A stretch of DNA of 64,000 nt from NCBI GenBank assembly GCA_964016885.1, contig OZ024742.1, positions 121,024,001 through 121,088,000 on the forward strand, read 5' to 3'. The notes beneath the pieces were generated by a model. The model did no database searches. It was not told the DNA's origin and worked only from the letters and a program-made list of their open reading frames with translations. The stretch is from Eledone cirrhosa. Taxonomy: Eukaryota. A program made the position numbers and the translations under genes. Every line of letters begins with the position of its first letter. Position 1 is the first letter of the stretch. This document shows positions 14,995 through 26,449 of the stretch, one piece after another.

Positions 14995-16115
14995 AAAACA
15001 AGGATCTCTGTTACATTAAAGCAAGTTGCAAAGGTATGTGACACATTAAAGGAAGTAAGAAAGGTATGTGACACATTAAAGGAAGTTACAAAGGTATGTG
15101 ACACATTAAAGCTAGTAACAAAGATATGTGACACATTAAAATTAGTAACAAAGGTATGTAACACATTAAAGTTAGTAACAAGATCTGTGACACATTAAAG
15201 TAAGTAACAAGGTCTGAGACACATTAAAAGAAGTTACAAAGGCATGTGACACATTAAAGCAAGTAACAAAGATATGTGACACATAAAAATTAGTAACAAA
15301 GGTTTGTAACACATTAAAATTAGTAACAAGATCTGTGATATTAAAGTAAGTAACAAGGTCTGAGACACATTAAAAGAAGTTACAAAGGCATGTGACACAT
15401 TAAAGCAAGTAACAATATATGTGACATATTAAAGCTAGTAACAAGGTGTGTGACACATTAAAGCTAGTAACAAGATCTGTGACACATTAAAGCTAGTAAG
15501 AAAGGTATATGACACATTAAAGCTAGTAAGAAAGGTATGTGACACATTAAAGCTAGTAACAAGGTCTGTGACACATTAAAGCGAGTTACAAAGATATGTG
15601 ACACATTAAAGGGAGTTACAAAGATATGTGACACATTAAAGGAAGTAACAAAGGTTTATGACACATTAAAGGAAGTAACAAGGTCTGAAACACATTAAAG
15701 GAAACTACAAAGGTATGTGACACATTAAAGGAAGTAACTAAGATATGTGACACATTAAAGCAAGTAACAATGTATGTGGCACATTAAAGCTAGTAACAAG
15801 ATCTGTGACACATTAAATCTAGTAAGAAAGGTATGTGATACATTAAAGTGAATAACAAGGTCTGTGACACATTAAAGGAAGTTACAAAGATATGTGACAC
15901 ATTAAAAAAAGTAACAAAGGTATATTACACATTAAAGGAAATGACAAGGTCTGAGACATTAAAGGAACTTACAAAGGTATGTGACACATTAAAGGAAGTA
16001 ACAAGTGTGTGACACATTAAAGGAAGTAACAAGTGTGTGACACATTAAAGGAAGTAACAAGTATGTGACACATTAAAGCAAGTTACAAAGGTCTGTGACA
16101 CATTAAAGAAAGTAA
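14995..16115. repeat. 29-30-bp minisatellite (GTGACACATTAAAGGAAGTAACAAAGGTAT)
   Basis: More than 35 diverged tandem units with conserved GACACATTAAA core. Confidence 0.96.
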
Positions 16116-16509
16116 CATTTTTTATTCAGGCAGGAAGAGCATGTACAATTTTTCTGTTTATTATTCAAGTCTTCATACAAATGTTGTATACACCATAGCA
16201 ACAACAACTTTAACAACAACTTCAACAACAAAGCAAGATAATTTGTTGGTGGTAACCAGCTCTCATATTTTATCATAGTATTTAATTCTAATGTGTATGA
16301 GTGATATTTCATTGACATTGTAATTAAATGCAACATTACTATAGATCACACATTACTGCTTCTACGGTTTCTCGATGTCTCATAGACATAGTATGTTAGT
16401 GAAAGCTGTAGTAAAGTATAAACAATGAAGTCCATCATAGTTGACACTGGAGGCTTATCAGCATTAGACCATTGATGTTTCAGCCGGTTAACTACTACAC
16501 ATTCTCATC

Positions 16510-17258
16510 TGAGTGACTGGCTGGCTAGCTGAAATGGTTGATGAGTTAGTTGACTGGCTGACTTGTTTGTTGACTGGCTAACTGGTTGACTGTTTAGCTG
16601 GCTGGTTGAATGGCTGACTGGTTGAATGGCTGGTTGACTGGTTGACTGGTTGGCTGAGTGGCTGACTGGTTGACTGGCTGGTTGACTGGTTGACTGTTTG
16701 GCTGGCTGGTTGAATGGCTGGTCAATTGGTTGACTGGTTGGCTGACTGGTTGAGTGGTTGACTGGTTGGCTAACTAGTTGACTGGTTGGCTGGCTGGTTG
16801 ACTGGCTGACTGGTTGACTGGCTGACTGCTTGTTGGCTGGATAGCTAGTTCACTGGCTGGCTGCTTGGCTGGTTGGTTGAGTGGCTGACTGGTTGATTGG
16901 CTAGTCGATTGGTTGACTGGTTGACTGGTTGACTGGTTGACTGGTTGGTTGATAGGTTGACTTGTTGACTGGTTGATTGGTTGGTTGAGTGGTTGACTGG
17001 TTGGCTGACTGACTGGTTGATTGGCTGACTGGCTGAGTGGCTGGCTGCCTGGTTACCTGGCTGGCTGGTCAACTAGTTGACTGGTTAGTTGACTAGCAGT
17101 CTGGTTAGTTGTTTAACTGGTTGAGTGGCTGATTGGTTGACTGGCTGACTGGTTGACTGACTAACTGGCTGACTAGTTGACAAGGTGACTAGTTGACTGG
17201 GTGACTAGTTGACAGGGTGACTAGTTGACTGGCTGATTGGTCGACTGGTTGGCTGACT
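16510..17258. repeat. Degenerate tetranucleotide tract (TGAC/TGGT/TGGC)n
   Basis: Direct. Confidence 0.93.
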
Positions 17259-17279
17259 GTTACTGCATGGAAATGCTCA

Positions 17280-17545
17280 ACTCCTTTCGTTTTCCAAATC
17301 CTCCACTGTCTGATGTGAACCAACATCTGCTGCTCTTTAAGTCTACCTCACCCATCTCACCACTTCACATCCAACCATACCCAAAGCCCCAATCCACATC
17401 CCAACAGCAAACTTTGCATAACCCATGCATCTGATCACTTCTATTGTCCACAGCTCTGCCTTCCATCCATTTCCCTTGCACTCCTCCAGCAACTCTATAA
17501 ACTTCCTTGCCTCTCTCTCACTTGTTTCCTCCATCCTCATTTTCT
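17280..17545 (-). mobile_element. Hero-like non-LTR retrotransposon remnant, restriction-like endonuclease C-terminus
   Basis: RMEETSEREARKFIELLEECKGNGWKAELWTIEVIRCMG resembles the Hero-type pattern ERMEEA.ERK..KY..L.EEC...GW.....IEVGCRG (recognised from memory). Confidence 0.65.
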
Positions 17546-17551
17546 ATGGTC

Positions 17552-20120
17552 TAGTCAACTCCATGATGGCTATACAGGCTAGCTGGCTGGCTGGCTAGTT
17601 GACTGGTTATTTGGCTGTGTGGCACTGTAAACTCCATGGTGGCCATACAAGTTGGCTGGCTGGCTGGCTGGTTATATGGCTGTGTGTCACTGTCAACTCT
17701 GTGGTGGCCATACAGGTTGGCTGGCTGGCTGGCTGGTTATATGGCTGTGGCACTGTAAACTCCATGGTGGCCATACAAGTTGGCTGGCTGGCTGGCTGGT
17801 TATATGACTGTGTGTCACTGTCAACTCTGTGGTGGCCATACAGGTTGGCTGGCTGGCTGGTTATATGGCTGTGGCACTGTCAACTCTGTGGTGGCCATAC
17901 AAGTTGGCTGGCTGGCTGGCTGGTTATATGACTGTGTGTCACTGTCAACTCTGTGGTGGCCATACAGGTTGACTGGCTGGTTATATGGCTGTGGCACTGT
18001 CAACTCTGTGGTGGCCATACAGGTTGGCTGGCTGGTTGGCTGGTTATATGGCTGTGTGTCACTGTCAACTCTGTGGCGGCCATACAGGTTGGCTGGCTGG
18101 TTGACTGGTTATATGGCTGTGTGTCACTGTCAACTCTGTGGTGGCCATACAGGTTGGCTGGCTGGTTGACTGGTTATTTGGCTGTGTGTCACTGTCAACT
18201 CTGTGGTGGCCATACAGGTTGGCTGGCTGGCTGGCTGGTTATATGGCTGTGTGTCACTGTCAACTCTGTGGTGGCCATACAGGTTGGCTGGCTGGCTGGC
18301 TGGTTATATGGCTGTGTGTCACTGTCAACTCTGTGGTGGCCATACAGGTTGGCTGGCTGGCTGGCTGGTTATATGGCTGTGGCACTGTCAACTCTGTGGT
18401 GGCCATACAGGTTGGCTGGCTGGCTGGCTGGTAATATGGCTGTGGCACTGTCAACTCTGTGGTGGCCATACAGGTTGGCTGGCTGGTTATATGGCTGTGG
18501 CACTGTAAACTCCATGGTGGCCATACAAGTTGGCTGGCTGGCTGGCTGGTTATATGACTGTGTGTCACTGTCAACTCTGTGGTGGCCATACAGGTTGGCT
18601 GGCTGGCTGGTTATATGGCTGTGGCACTGTCAACTCTGTGGTGGCCATACAAGTTGGCTGGCTGGCTGGCTGGTTATATGGCTGTGTGTCACTGTCAACT
18701 CTGTGGTGGCCATACAGGTTGGCTGGCTGGCTGGCTGGTTATATGGCTGTGGCACTGTAAACTCCATGGTGGCCATACAAGTTGGCTGGCTGGCTGGCTG
18801 GTTATATGACTGTGTGTCACTGTCAACTCTGTGGTGGCCATACAGGTTGGCTGGCTGGCTGGTTATATGGCTGTGGCACTGTCAACTCTGTGGTGGCCAT
18901 ACAAGTTGGCTGGCTGGCTGGCTGGTTATATGACTGTGTGTCACTGTCAACTCTGTGGTGGCCATACAGGTTGGCTGGCTGGCTGGTTATATGGCTGTGT
19001 GGCACTGTCAACTCTGTGGTGGCCATACAGGTTGGCTGGCTGGTTGACTGGTTATATGGCTGTGGCACTGTCAACTCTGTGGTGGCCATACAGGTTGGCT
19101 GGCTGGTTGACTGGTTATATGGCTGTGTGTCACCATCAACTCTGTGGTGGCCATACAGGTTGGCTGGCTGGTTGACTGGTTATATGGCTGTGTGTCACTG
19201 TCAACTCTGTGGTGGCCATACAGGTTGGCTGGCTGGTTGACTGGTTATTTGGCTGTGTGTCGCTGTCAACTCTGTGGTGGCCATACAGGTTGGCTGGCTG
19301 GCTGGCTGGTTATATGGCTGTGTGTCACTGTCAACTCTGTGGTGGCCATACAGGTTGGCTGGCTGGCTGGCTGGTTATATGGCTGTGTGTCACTGTCAAC
19401 TCTGTGGTGGCCATACAGGTTGGCTGGCTGGTCGACTGGTTATTTGGCTGTGTGTCACTGTCAACTCTGTGGTGGCCATACAGGTTGGCTGGCTGGCTGG
19501 CTGGTTATATGGCTGTGGCACTGTCAACTCTGTGGTGGCCATACAGGTTGGCTGGCTGGCTGGCTGGTTATTTGGCTGTGGCACTGTCAACTCTGTGGTG
19601 GCCATACAGGTTGGCTGGCTGGTTGACTGGTTATTTGGCTGTGTGTCACTGTCAACTCTGTGGTGGCCATACAGGTTGGCTGGCTGGCTGGCTGGTTATA
19701 TGGCTGTGGCACTGTCAACTCTGTGGTGGCCATACAGGTTGGCTGGCTGGCTGGCTGGTTATATGGCTGTGGCACTGTCAACTCTGTGGTGGCCATACAG
19801 GTTGGCTGGCTGGTTGACTGGTTATTTGGCTGTGTGTCACTGTCAACTTTGTGGTGGCCATACAGGTTGGCTGGCTGGTTGACTGGTTATTTGGCTGTGT
19901 GTCACTGTCAACTCTGTGGTGGCCATACAGGTTGGCTGGCTGGTTGACTGGTTATTTGGCTGTGTGTCACTGTCAACTCTGTGGTGGCCATACAGGTTGG
20001 CTGGCTGGCTGGCTGGTTATATGGCTGTGTGTCACTGTCAACTCTGTGGTGGCCATACAGGTTGGCTGGCTGGTTGACTGGTTATTTGGCTGTGGACTGT
20101 CAACTCCATGATGGCTTTAC
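17552..20120. repeat. 59-65-bp satellite (TGTCAACTCTGTGGTGGCCATACAGGTT(GGCT)nGGTTATATGGCTGTG(TG)TCAC)
   Basis: About 40 highly similar units; length varies with internal GGCT and TG copy number. Confidence 0.97.
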
Positions 20121-20159
20121 AATATATTGCTTTTGACACAAGAACCAGGTATATTAATA

Positions 20160-20370
20160 ATAATTGTTTCTACTTTAGGCACAAGGCCAGCAATTTGAAG
20201 GGGAGGGGAAAGTCGATTAAATCGACCCCAGTGCATTACAACCCCTTAAGGATGAAAGGCAAAGCTAACCTCAGCGGGACATGAATTCAAATCATAAAGG
20301 GCCATAACTCTATGCAGCAAAGTATGGTATCTGACGTTCTCCCCATACTGCCAAGCCACCGCCCTATCCC
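20160..20370 (-). mobile_element. SINE family A, near full length
   Basis: Same body and tail as 8648, plus tRNA-like head (rc GGGCGGTGGCTTGGCAGTATGG...TTGAATTC). Confidence 0.8.
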
Positions 20371-20583
20371 ATTTTTAACATAGACATAATGTCAATGTCA
20401 CACATTTGTGAAGGGATATAACTGGTACTTTATTTTATCAACTTGAGAAGAATGTAAAGTTGATTCCAGTGATATTTCAACTTAGATTGTAAAGAGATAT
20501 ATCTAAATATCACAAAATATTTTAATGCCTCTCCTATTCTCTCAGCTTACACAGTTTAACATTAACTCTTGACATCTTGTATT

Positions 20584-20965
20584 CAGGGCCAGATTTAGAC
20601 CTCAGGAAGGAGGGGGGGGGGGCTTCATAGATTTGGGGTGGGTTGGTTCACAGTCAGCTTGGCACAAGTAATTGGAATTGTAAAGTTATACATACAGGTA
20701 TTAAATTTAAAAAAATTTAACCATTCCATTTTATGTCCACTTTCCACATAGGTGTGTGTTAGACAGGGTGTCACCCTCCGAGACTAGATATATTGGAGTG
20801 ACCTCATCTTGCTCATACATTACATATTTGGCATAGTTTCTATGGCTGGATGCCCTTCCTAACATAACCGTTAAGTGAAGACAATTCTAAGGTACCACTG
20901 ACCTGTTGCTAAATTTGACTCTCTCTTTCTATTTCTCTTATCCCTTTGCCTATATCTGCTTCTCT

Positions 20966-20996
<31 letters not shown>

Positions 20997-21021
20997 ATGC
21001 AACACTGATTCTTTGTTCCTC

Positions 21022-21081
<60 letters not shown>

Positions 21082-21539
21082 TGTGTGTGTTTAGAGTTAC
21101 AGGACCCACTTCTTAGCCATAATAAAGAATATATAAAGGAGAGAGAGAAAGACAAAGACAGGAATATAGAGAGATAAATTTGTCCATTCTTTCAGCAGCA
21201 AATTGTCTGCTAACACACAGGAAAACAGTCACATGCATAAATACACACATACACACGCACACACAATGCCACAACCATCTGATGTTGCTTACATAAACAA
21301 TTTCTTTTATTAGAATATTGTTCTGATAACAATTTGATGTCTCTAAAGTTGAGAAAATGTAAGGAATTTTGCCCTAGTAAGGACATTAAATACTTTTTGT
21401 TAAAAATATAGTTCCCATTGTCAAGGAGATAAAACTAAAAAGCTCAGGGGAGGGCATAAATAAATTGCCTATGACCGTCGCTGGTGGGGCCCAGGGCAAT
21501 TGCTTCTTTTGTACCCCCAATCCATTAAATTCAGCCCTA
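20584..21539. mobile_element. Non-autonomous hAT-like DNA transposon containing microsatellites and an RTE tail remnant
   Basis: Imperfect TIRs CAGGGCCAGATTTA / TAAATTCAGCCCTA; flanking 8-mers CTTGTATT vs CCTGTAAT (6/8) fit a decayed 8-bp TSD. Confidence 0.55.
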
Positions 21540-21760
21540 CCTGTAATGATTTAACAGAAAATATCTTAAAAGACGTTTGTTAGTTCAAATGTTTATTGTG
21601 TATATCTTTAGTAATGGATTATTAATGCAATGAAATCAAACTGCTGTTTTGTACTTGGTAAGAATATCTTGTTAGTGCTATTTCACATTAAGAATTAATA
21701 CCATTTATCAAAGGCAAAGCCCTTGTCAGATGTTATATTTTCTCATTCACTAACAGTTAG

Positions 21761-21979
21761 TTCACTCAACACATTTTATGGAATAGGATTATTGGTATCA
21801 AAGAAAATAATGAAGTATGTCTCACTTTCATAACAATTGGATTAGAAACATTTGATCCTCTTACTGAAAATTTAATTAAGGATATAAAACAAAAGGCTCA
21901 TTATAAAAACAAGGAACAACTGCTTGATTTAATCAATTCTTTTCCTAAAATATTTCCAAGCTTGTGTCAATGTGGTTAA
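21761..21979 (+). CDS. Candidate terminal exon of unknown gene (72 codons plus stop)
   Basis: Branch-like CACTAAC and AG, then FTQHILWNRIIGIKENNEVCLTFITIGLETFDPLTENLIKDIKQKAHYKNKEQLLDLINSFPKIFPSLCQCG*; could be chance. Confidence 0.2.
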   Translation, partial: FTQHILWNRIIGIKENNEVCLTFITIGLETFDPLTENLIKDIKQKAHYKNKEQLLDLINSFPKIFPSLCQCG

Positions 21980-22373
21980 TTATTATTATTATTATAGTAT
22001 TATAAAGTACCAGTAATGCACTGGGTTATTGCTGGCCTTGTGCCAAAAGTAGAAACAATTATTATTATAGAGACAATACATTGAATGAAATAACAAACAA
22101 CATTAACTTTCTTTTCTCAACATTTTTCATATTACAACTAAAATATTTTACATATTTGTCAACTAGAAGGTGTTTTAATTGGTTCAATTTCCAGACATTT
22201 TCAAATATTCTATATTTACAGATACATATATTTCCTGGATATGTTTGAACTCAGACCCATTATATCTACTCTGAGCATTTAAACATACTTAGCAGAGCTT
22301 AACAAGAACACAAGAACAATGAAGAGAAATAAAGCTTCAGAGTTCAAACCTTAGTGATATATATATATATATA

Positions 22374-23590
22374 TCATCATCATCATCATCATCATCGTTT
22401 AACGTCCACCTTCCACGCTAGCATGGGTCTGGACAGGAATTGTCCCACTTGAGGCAAGATTGGTTGTCTTGCTCAGGACTGTCTGGCGGGTTCTCTACAG
22501 CTGGATGCCTTTCCTAACACCAACCACGTTTACAGTTTGGACTGGGAGGTTTTACCGTGTTACCTACACGGCCACATTACAGAATGGACTGTGTTTTTTT
22601 GTCGTGACACCTACACGACCTCATTTATTTAGGACTGGATGTTGTGGTACCAACATAACTTTACATCGAAAGGGGTGGTGTAGAATGGGGATGGGGGTAG
22701 GGGTAGTGGGACGGAGGTGTATTTTGATTAAGAGGTGCCTGCTGACTGCAGGTTTTGCTTTGTACTTAGGCAAGGCGAGTCTTCTGTATTACTGCATAGC
22801 GCCAAAGATCTCGGTCCAATGACATTGTCTTGGAGAGGTGTAAGTGTGTGAGGTCAGAATTTATCAAGTCGTCCCAGGTTTTTCTGGGTCTGCCTACTCC
22901 GTAGCTACCGTCTATTTTGATCGCCCTGCACTTTTTTATACAGCTGTCGTCTTTCATGCGCATCACGTAACCATACCAACGTAGTGTTCTCTCGAGTAAA
23001 CAGTATCTGATCCCTCTTCTTCCTGATTTCTCACTTAGTTCATTTATGCTTTGCCGTTCGCGTATATTACTATTACACATCCAACGGAGCATGCAAGCTT
23101 CATTCCTCTCCAGTCTGCATAGATCCTCTGCACACAAGGCCCATGTCTCACTGCCATGTAACATCGCTGTTCGTATGCATGCATCATACAGCCTGCCTTT
23201 CATTTTTAGAGAGAAACCTTTAACGGACAATAGTGGTATAATCTCTCTGAACTTTTTCCATCTCGTTCTGACTCTAGGTACAGTACTTTCTGTGGGCACT
23301 TGCTGCTACTTATTGCACCAGAGCAGCGGCCACATATAAAATCTATATTCTTAGTTAGCTCACCTGTGATCCCACTACATCTTTTATGCACCCATACTTT
23401 GCATTTAGGACATAAAATGGAGTTTATGCCTACTCCTTTCCTACACACTAAGCATGGCCATTTCCCAGATGGGACCAGTGCCCTATTTTCCTTCCTACAT
23501 ATTAGAACTTTAGTCTTAGACAAGTTAATTTTAAGGCCTTTTGATTCTAAGCCATGCTTCCATGTTTGGAATTTCTTCTCTAAATTCTAG
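22374..23590 (-). mobile_element. RTE LINE (PHD-bearing family, UTR subtype B), 5'-truncated
   Basis: SKTKVL..KWPCLVCRKGVG..CPKCKVWVHKRCSGI, MLHGSETW, LRWYGYVMR, GRPRKTW; 3' UTR and (ATG)n tail abutting (TA)n. Confidence 0.92.
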
Positions 23591-23674
23591 GCCATGCTTC
23601 CATATCCCGGGTTCGATCGGGGGTAACCACAGTAAGTAAGGTAATCAATACATAGCAGAGTATGAATATTTAAT

Positions 23675-24668
23675 ATATATCCCCTCAGGGAAATGGCCTT
23701 GCTCAGTATGTAGGAAAGGTATAGGTAGGAACTCCATCCTCTGCCCCAAATGCAAACAATGGGTACACAACAGATGTAGTGGGATATCAAGAAGCTTAAC
23801 TAAGAATGTAGGCTTCACATGTAGCAGCTGCGCTGGGACAGCAAGCAGCAAACGGCCACAGGAAACAAGCACCACCAAACTGTGGGAGGGCTCTGTAGAA
23901 ACAGTAAACAGCTTCTGCTACCTAGGTGACCGAATTAGCAGCGGAGGTGGGTGTTCGGAAAGTACAATAAATAGGGTAAGAATGGGATGGAAGAAGTTCA
24001 GGGAGCTACTGCCACTGCTAGCAGCAAAAGGCTTTTCCCTCAAAATGAAAGGCAAACTGTCTGTAGAAGACTTGCGTAGATTAGAAAGAAACGAATCTTG
24101 CATGCTCCGATGGATGTGTAATAGTAATATACGCGAACAGCAAAACATAAACGAATTGAGAGCGCAGGAGAGGAGGTTGCGTTGGCAGAGCACTAGAAGT
24201 CGATGGAAGCCGTGGAGTGGGGAGACCCAAGAAGACCTGGGATGAGGTGATAAAAGCCGACCTTACCCAATTGCACCTCTCAAAGGCAATGACACATGAC
24301 CGTGACCTCTTGCGTCACACAGTAATACAGAAGACCTGACTTCCCACGGGAACAAGCCGAAGCTGAAGCATATAGACAATATGCCCCCACGCCCTCCCAC
24401 TGCAAATGGTTGTGGAGGTGCCACGGAAAAAAAGCACCCAGCCCACACTGTAAAGTGGATGTGTAGGCGCCATGGAAAAAAAGCACCCAGCACTCACTGT
24501 AAATGAGGTTGGTGTTAGGAAGGGCATCCAGCTGTAGAAATCAAGCCAGAATCAGTTCCCGTATGAGCAAGACAAGATCAGCCGACCGGGCCCTGCCCAC
24601 AACAGGACAACCCGTCTAACCCATGCTAGCATGGAAGAACGGACGTAAAACGGAGATGATGATGATGA
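23675..24668 (+). mobile_element. RTE LINE (UTR subtype A), 5'-truncated with internal deletions
   Basis: GKWPCSVCRKG..., GWKKFRELLPLL, RLERNESCMLRWMC, GRPKKTWDE; stem-loop 3' UTR; (ATG)n tail. Confidence 0.9.
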
Positions 24669-24724
24669 TATATATAAATATATAAGATTCAAGTAGATTA
24701 TCAGAGATAGAGCCAATCAAAGCA

Positions 24725-25372
24725 TTATAATAATAATAATAATAATAATGAAATTATTGTGTAAAGTGCTCAGGTGCACTACAACTCGTCAAAGGTGCAT
24801 GTATAGTACATAGAATAATACACAAATGTCAGGGAAGTGAATAGTGTATGAGTCATGATATACATGTGTGTATGTGTATGGAGGGGGAACATTAGGTGTA
24901 GTGTTGGCGAATCTCGGGAAGCACGGAGGCCTTAAAGGATGCAGTGTCTCAACAGCTAACAACTGATGCAGGTAGTTTGTTCCATGCTTCAGCAACTCTG
25001 AGCGTGAAAAAATGTTTCGGAAAGTCATGGGAACTGTACTGTTTTCTGACTTTGTGGGCATGCCCACGTGTGTTAGACGCATGGAAATCAAAAAGGTACT
25101 CAGGGTTGTTGTTGGCAAGATGGTTAACAATTTTGTGGGTGTTTACCAAGTCAGTTGCCAGGCGTCGGAGCTTCAATGTATCCATGCCCAGGGAAGCAAG
25201 GCGCTCAGAGTATGGTAGATGCCTGATGGAGGGTATTCGCTTGGTTACACATCTCTGAACAGTTTCCAGGCAGTCAATGTTCTGAGCAAGATAGGGGTTC
25301 CAGACTGGTGATGCAAATTCTAAGTGTGGCCACACCATAACCATGTACAGCCTTAAATAGATAGCTGGAGAC
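24725..25372 (-). mobile_element. CR1-clade LINE 3' fragment
   Basis: ORF 24949-25374 PHLEFASPVWNPY..YSERL..LRRLATDL..AWNKLP; (ATT)n tail. Confidence 0.9.
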
Positions 25373-25434
25373 AAAACACAGACTATATTTTAAATCATTA
25401 TGCCCTGATCCCGAGATGTCTCATGAAAATTAAC

Positions 25435-25670
25435 ATCAAGAAGACTTGACATAGTTGTGATAGAAAAAAGAGAGAGAATACGTCAAATTATTGGTGTCAC
25501 CATTCCCGGAGATGAGAGGATTAATCCAAAAGAAATGGAGAAAGTTGATAAATACCAGGACCTTAGAATTGAAATCCAAGGAATATGGAACATGAGAAAG
25601 GGGAGGTTATACAAATAGTGATAGAAAAACATGGGATCCAGGCAAAGGTAATATTCCTCCTGGCCTGAGA
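25435..25670 (+). mobile_element. R4/Dong-like non-LTR remnant, PD-(D/E)xK endonuclease region
   Basis: Hand translation RLDIVVIEKRERIRQIIGVTIPGDERINPKEMEKVDKYQDLRIEIQGIWNM matches RPDIVV.....C.IIDVA.PGD....KE.EK..KYQDL..EI..LW. Confidence 0.75.
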
Positions 25671-25677
25671 AAGAAAT

Positions 25678-26060
25678 AATAGTCGATTAAATCAACCCAG
25701 TGTATTACTGGTGCTTTTATCTTATCAACCCCATAAGGATGAAAGGCAAAGCTAACCTCGGCGGAATTTGAATTCAAAACTTAAAGGGCCATAACTCTAT
25801 GCTACTAAGCATGTGGTCTGATGCTCTACTGATACTGCCAATCCACTGCCCTATAATAATAATGGTTTCATACTTAGGCACAAGGCCAGCAATTTTTTTT
25901 CGGGGGGGGGGGGGGGTCGTTTAAATCAACTCTAGTGTGTGACTGGTACTTTATTTTATCGACCCTGTAAGGATGAAAGGCAAAGTTAACCTCGGCGGGA
26001 TTTGAACTCAGATCATAAAGGGCCATAACTCTATGCTGCAAAGCATGGAGTCCGACCCTA
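25678..26060 (-). mobile_element. Two tandem SINE family A copies
   Basis: Two head-to-tail copies separated by (AAT)n. Confidence 0.85.
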
Positions 26061-26387
26061 TAATAATAATAACAGCAACAACAAGTTGAAATAGAAAATT
26101 CATCATCATCATCAGTTGCTCTCATACATATAGACAGAAGATTCCTAGAATAAAGGAAGACTGTTAAACCAAAGAGAAGGATATGTTACATTAAAGTTCT
26201 CACCACATTGAATTTCTAAAGCTTGCCTGAATAAACTGAGAGAAGATTTCTTATTTCTATGTTATTACTTGCATATGTATGTTGTTAATGGCAATGATTA
26301 ATGACAGGAAGAGAAACCTTTTTATTTTTTAAGGTATTATTTGCTTGTGCCTGGTGCTATGATACCTGTGACCACTAAATATTATAC

Positions 26388-26449
26388 CTCCTGCAATATA
26401 TACTTCCAAACATTTAGGTATTCGTTATTTTCAGTTTGCACAGCAGAAT
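26388..26449 (-). CDS. Candidate small exon of unknown gene
   Basis: ttttacattttcAG acceptor, (D)SAVQTENNEYLNVWKYILQE, GAG|gtataa donor. Confidence 0.25.

Noticed and set aside
14995-16115. 30-bp repeat as CRISPR array or repeat protein
   Set aside because: Contiguous units without spacers; stops and frameshifts throughout
17599-20111. Trp/Cys-rich ORFs and a CRISPR-like repeat-spacer appearance
   Set aside because: The variable part is only GGCT/TG copy number, not unique spacers; no cas genes; eukaryotic context
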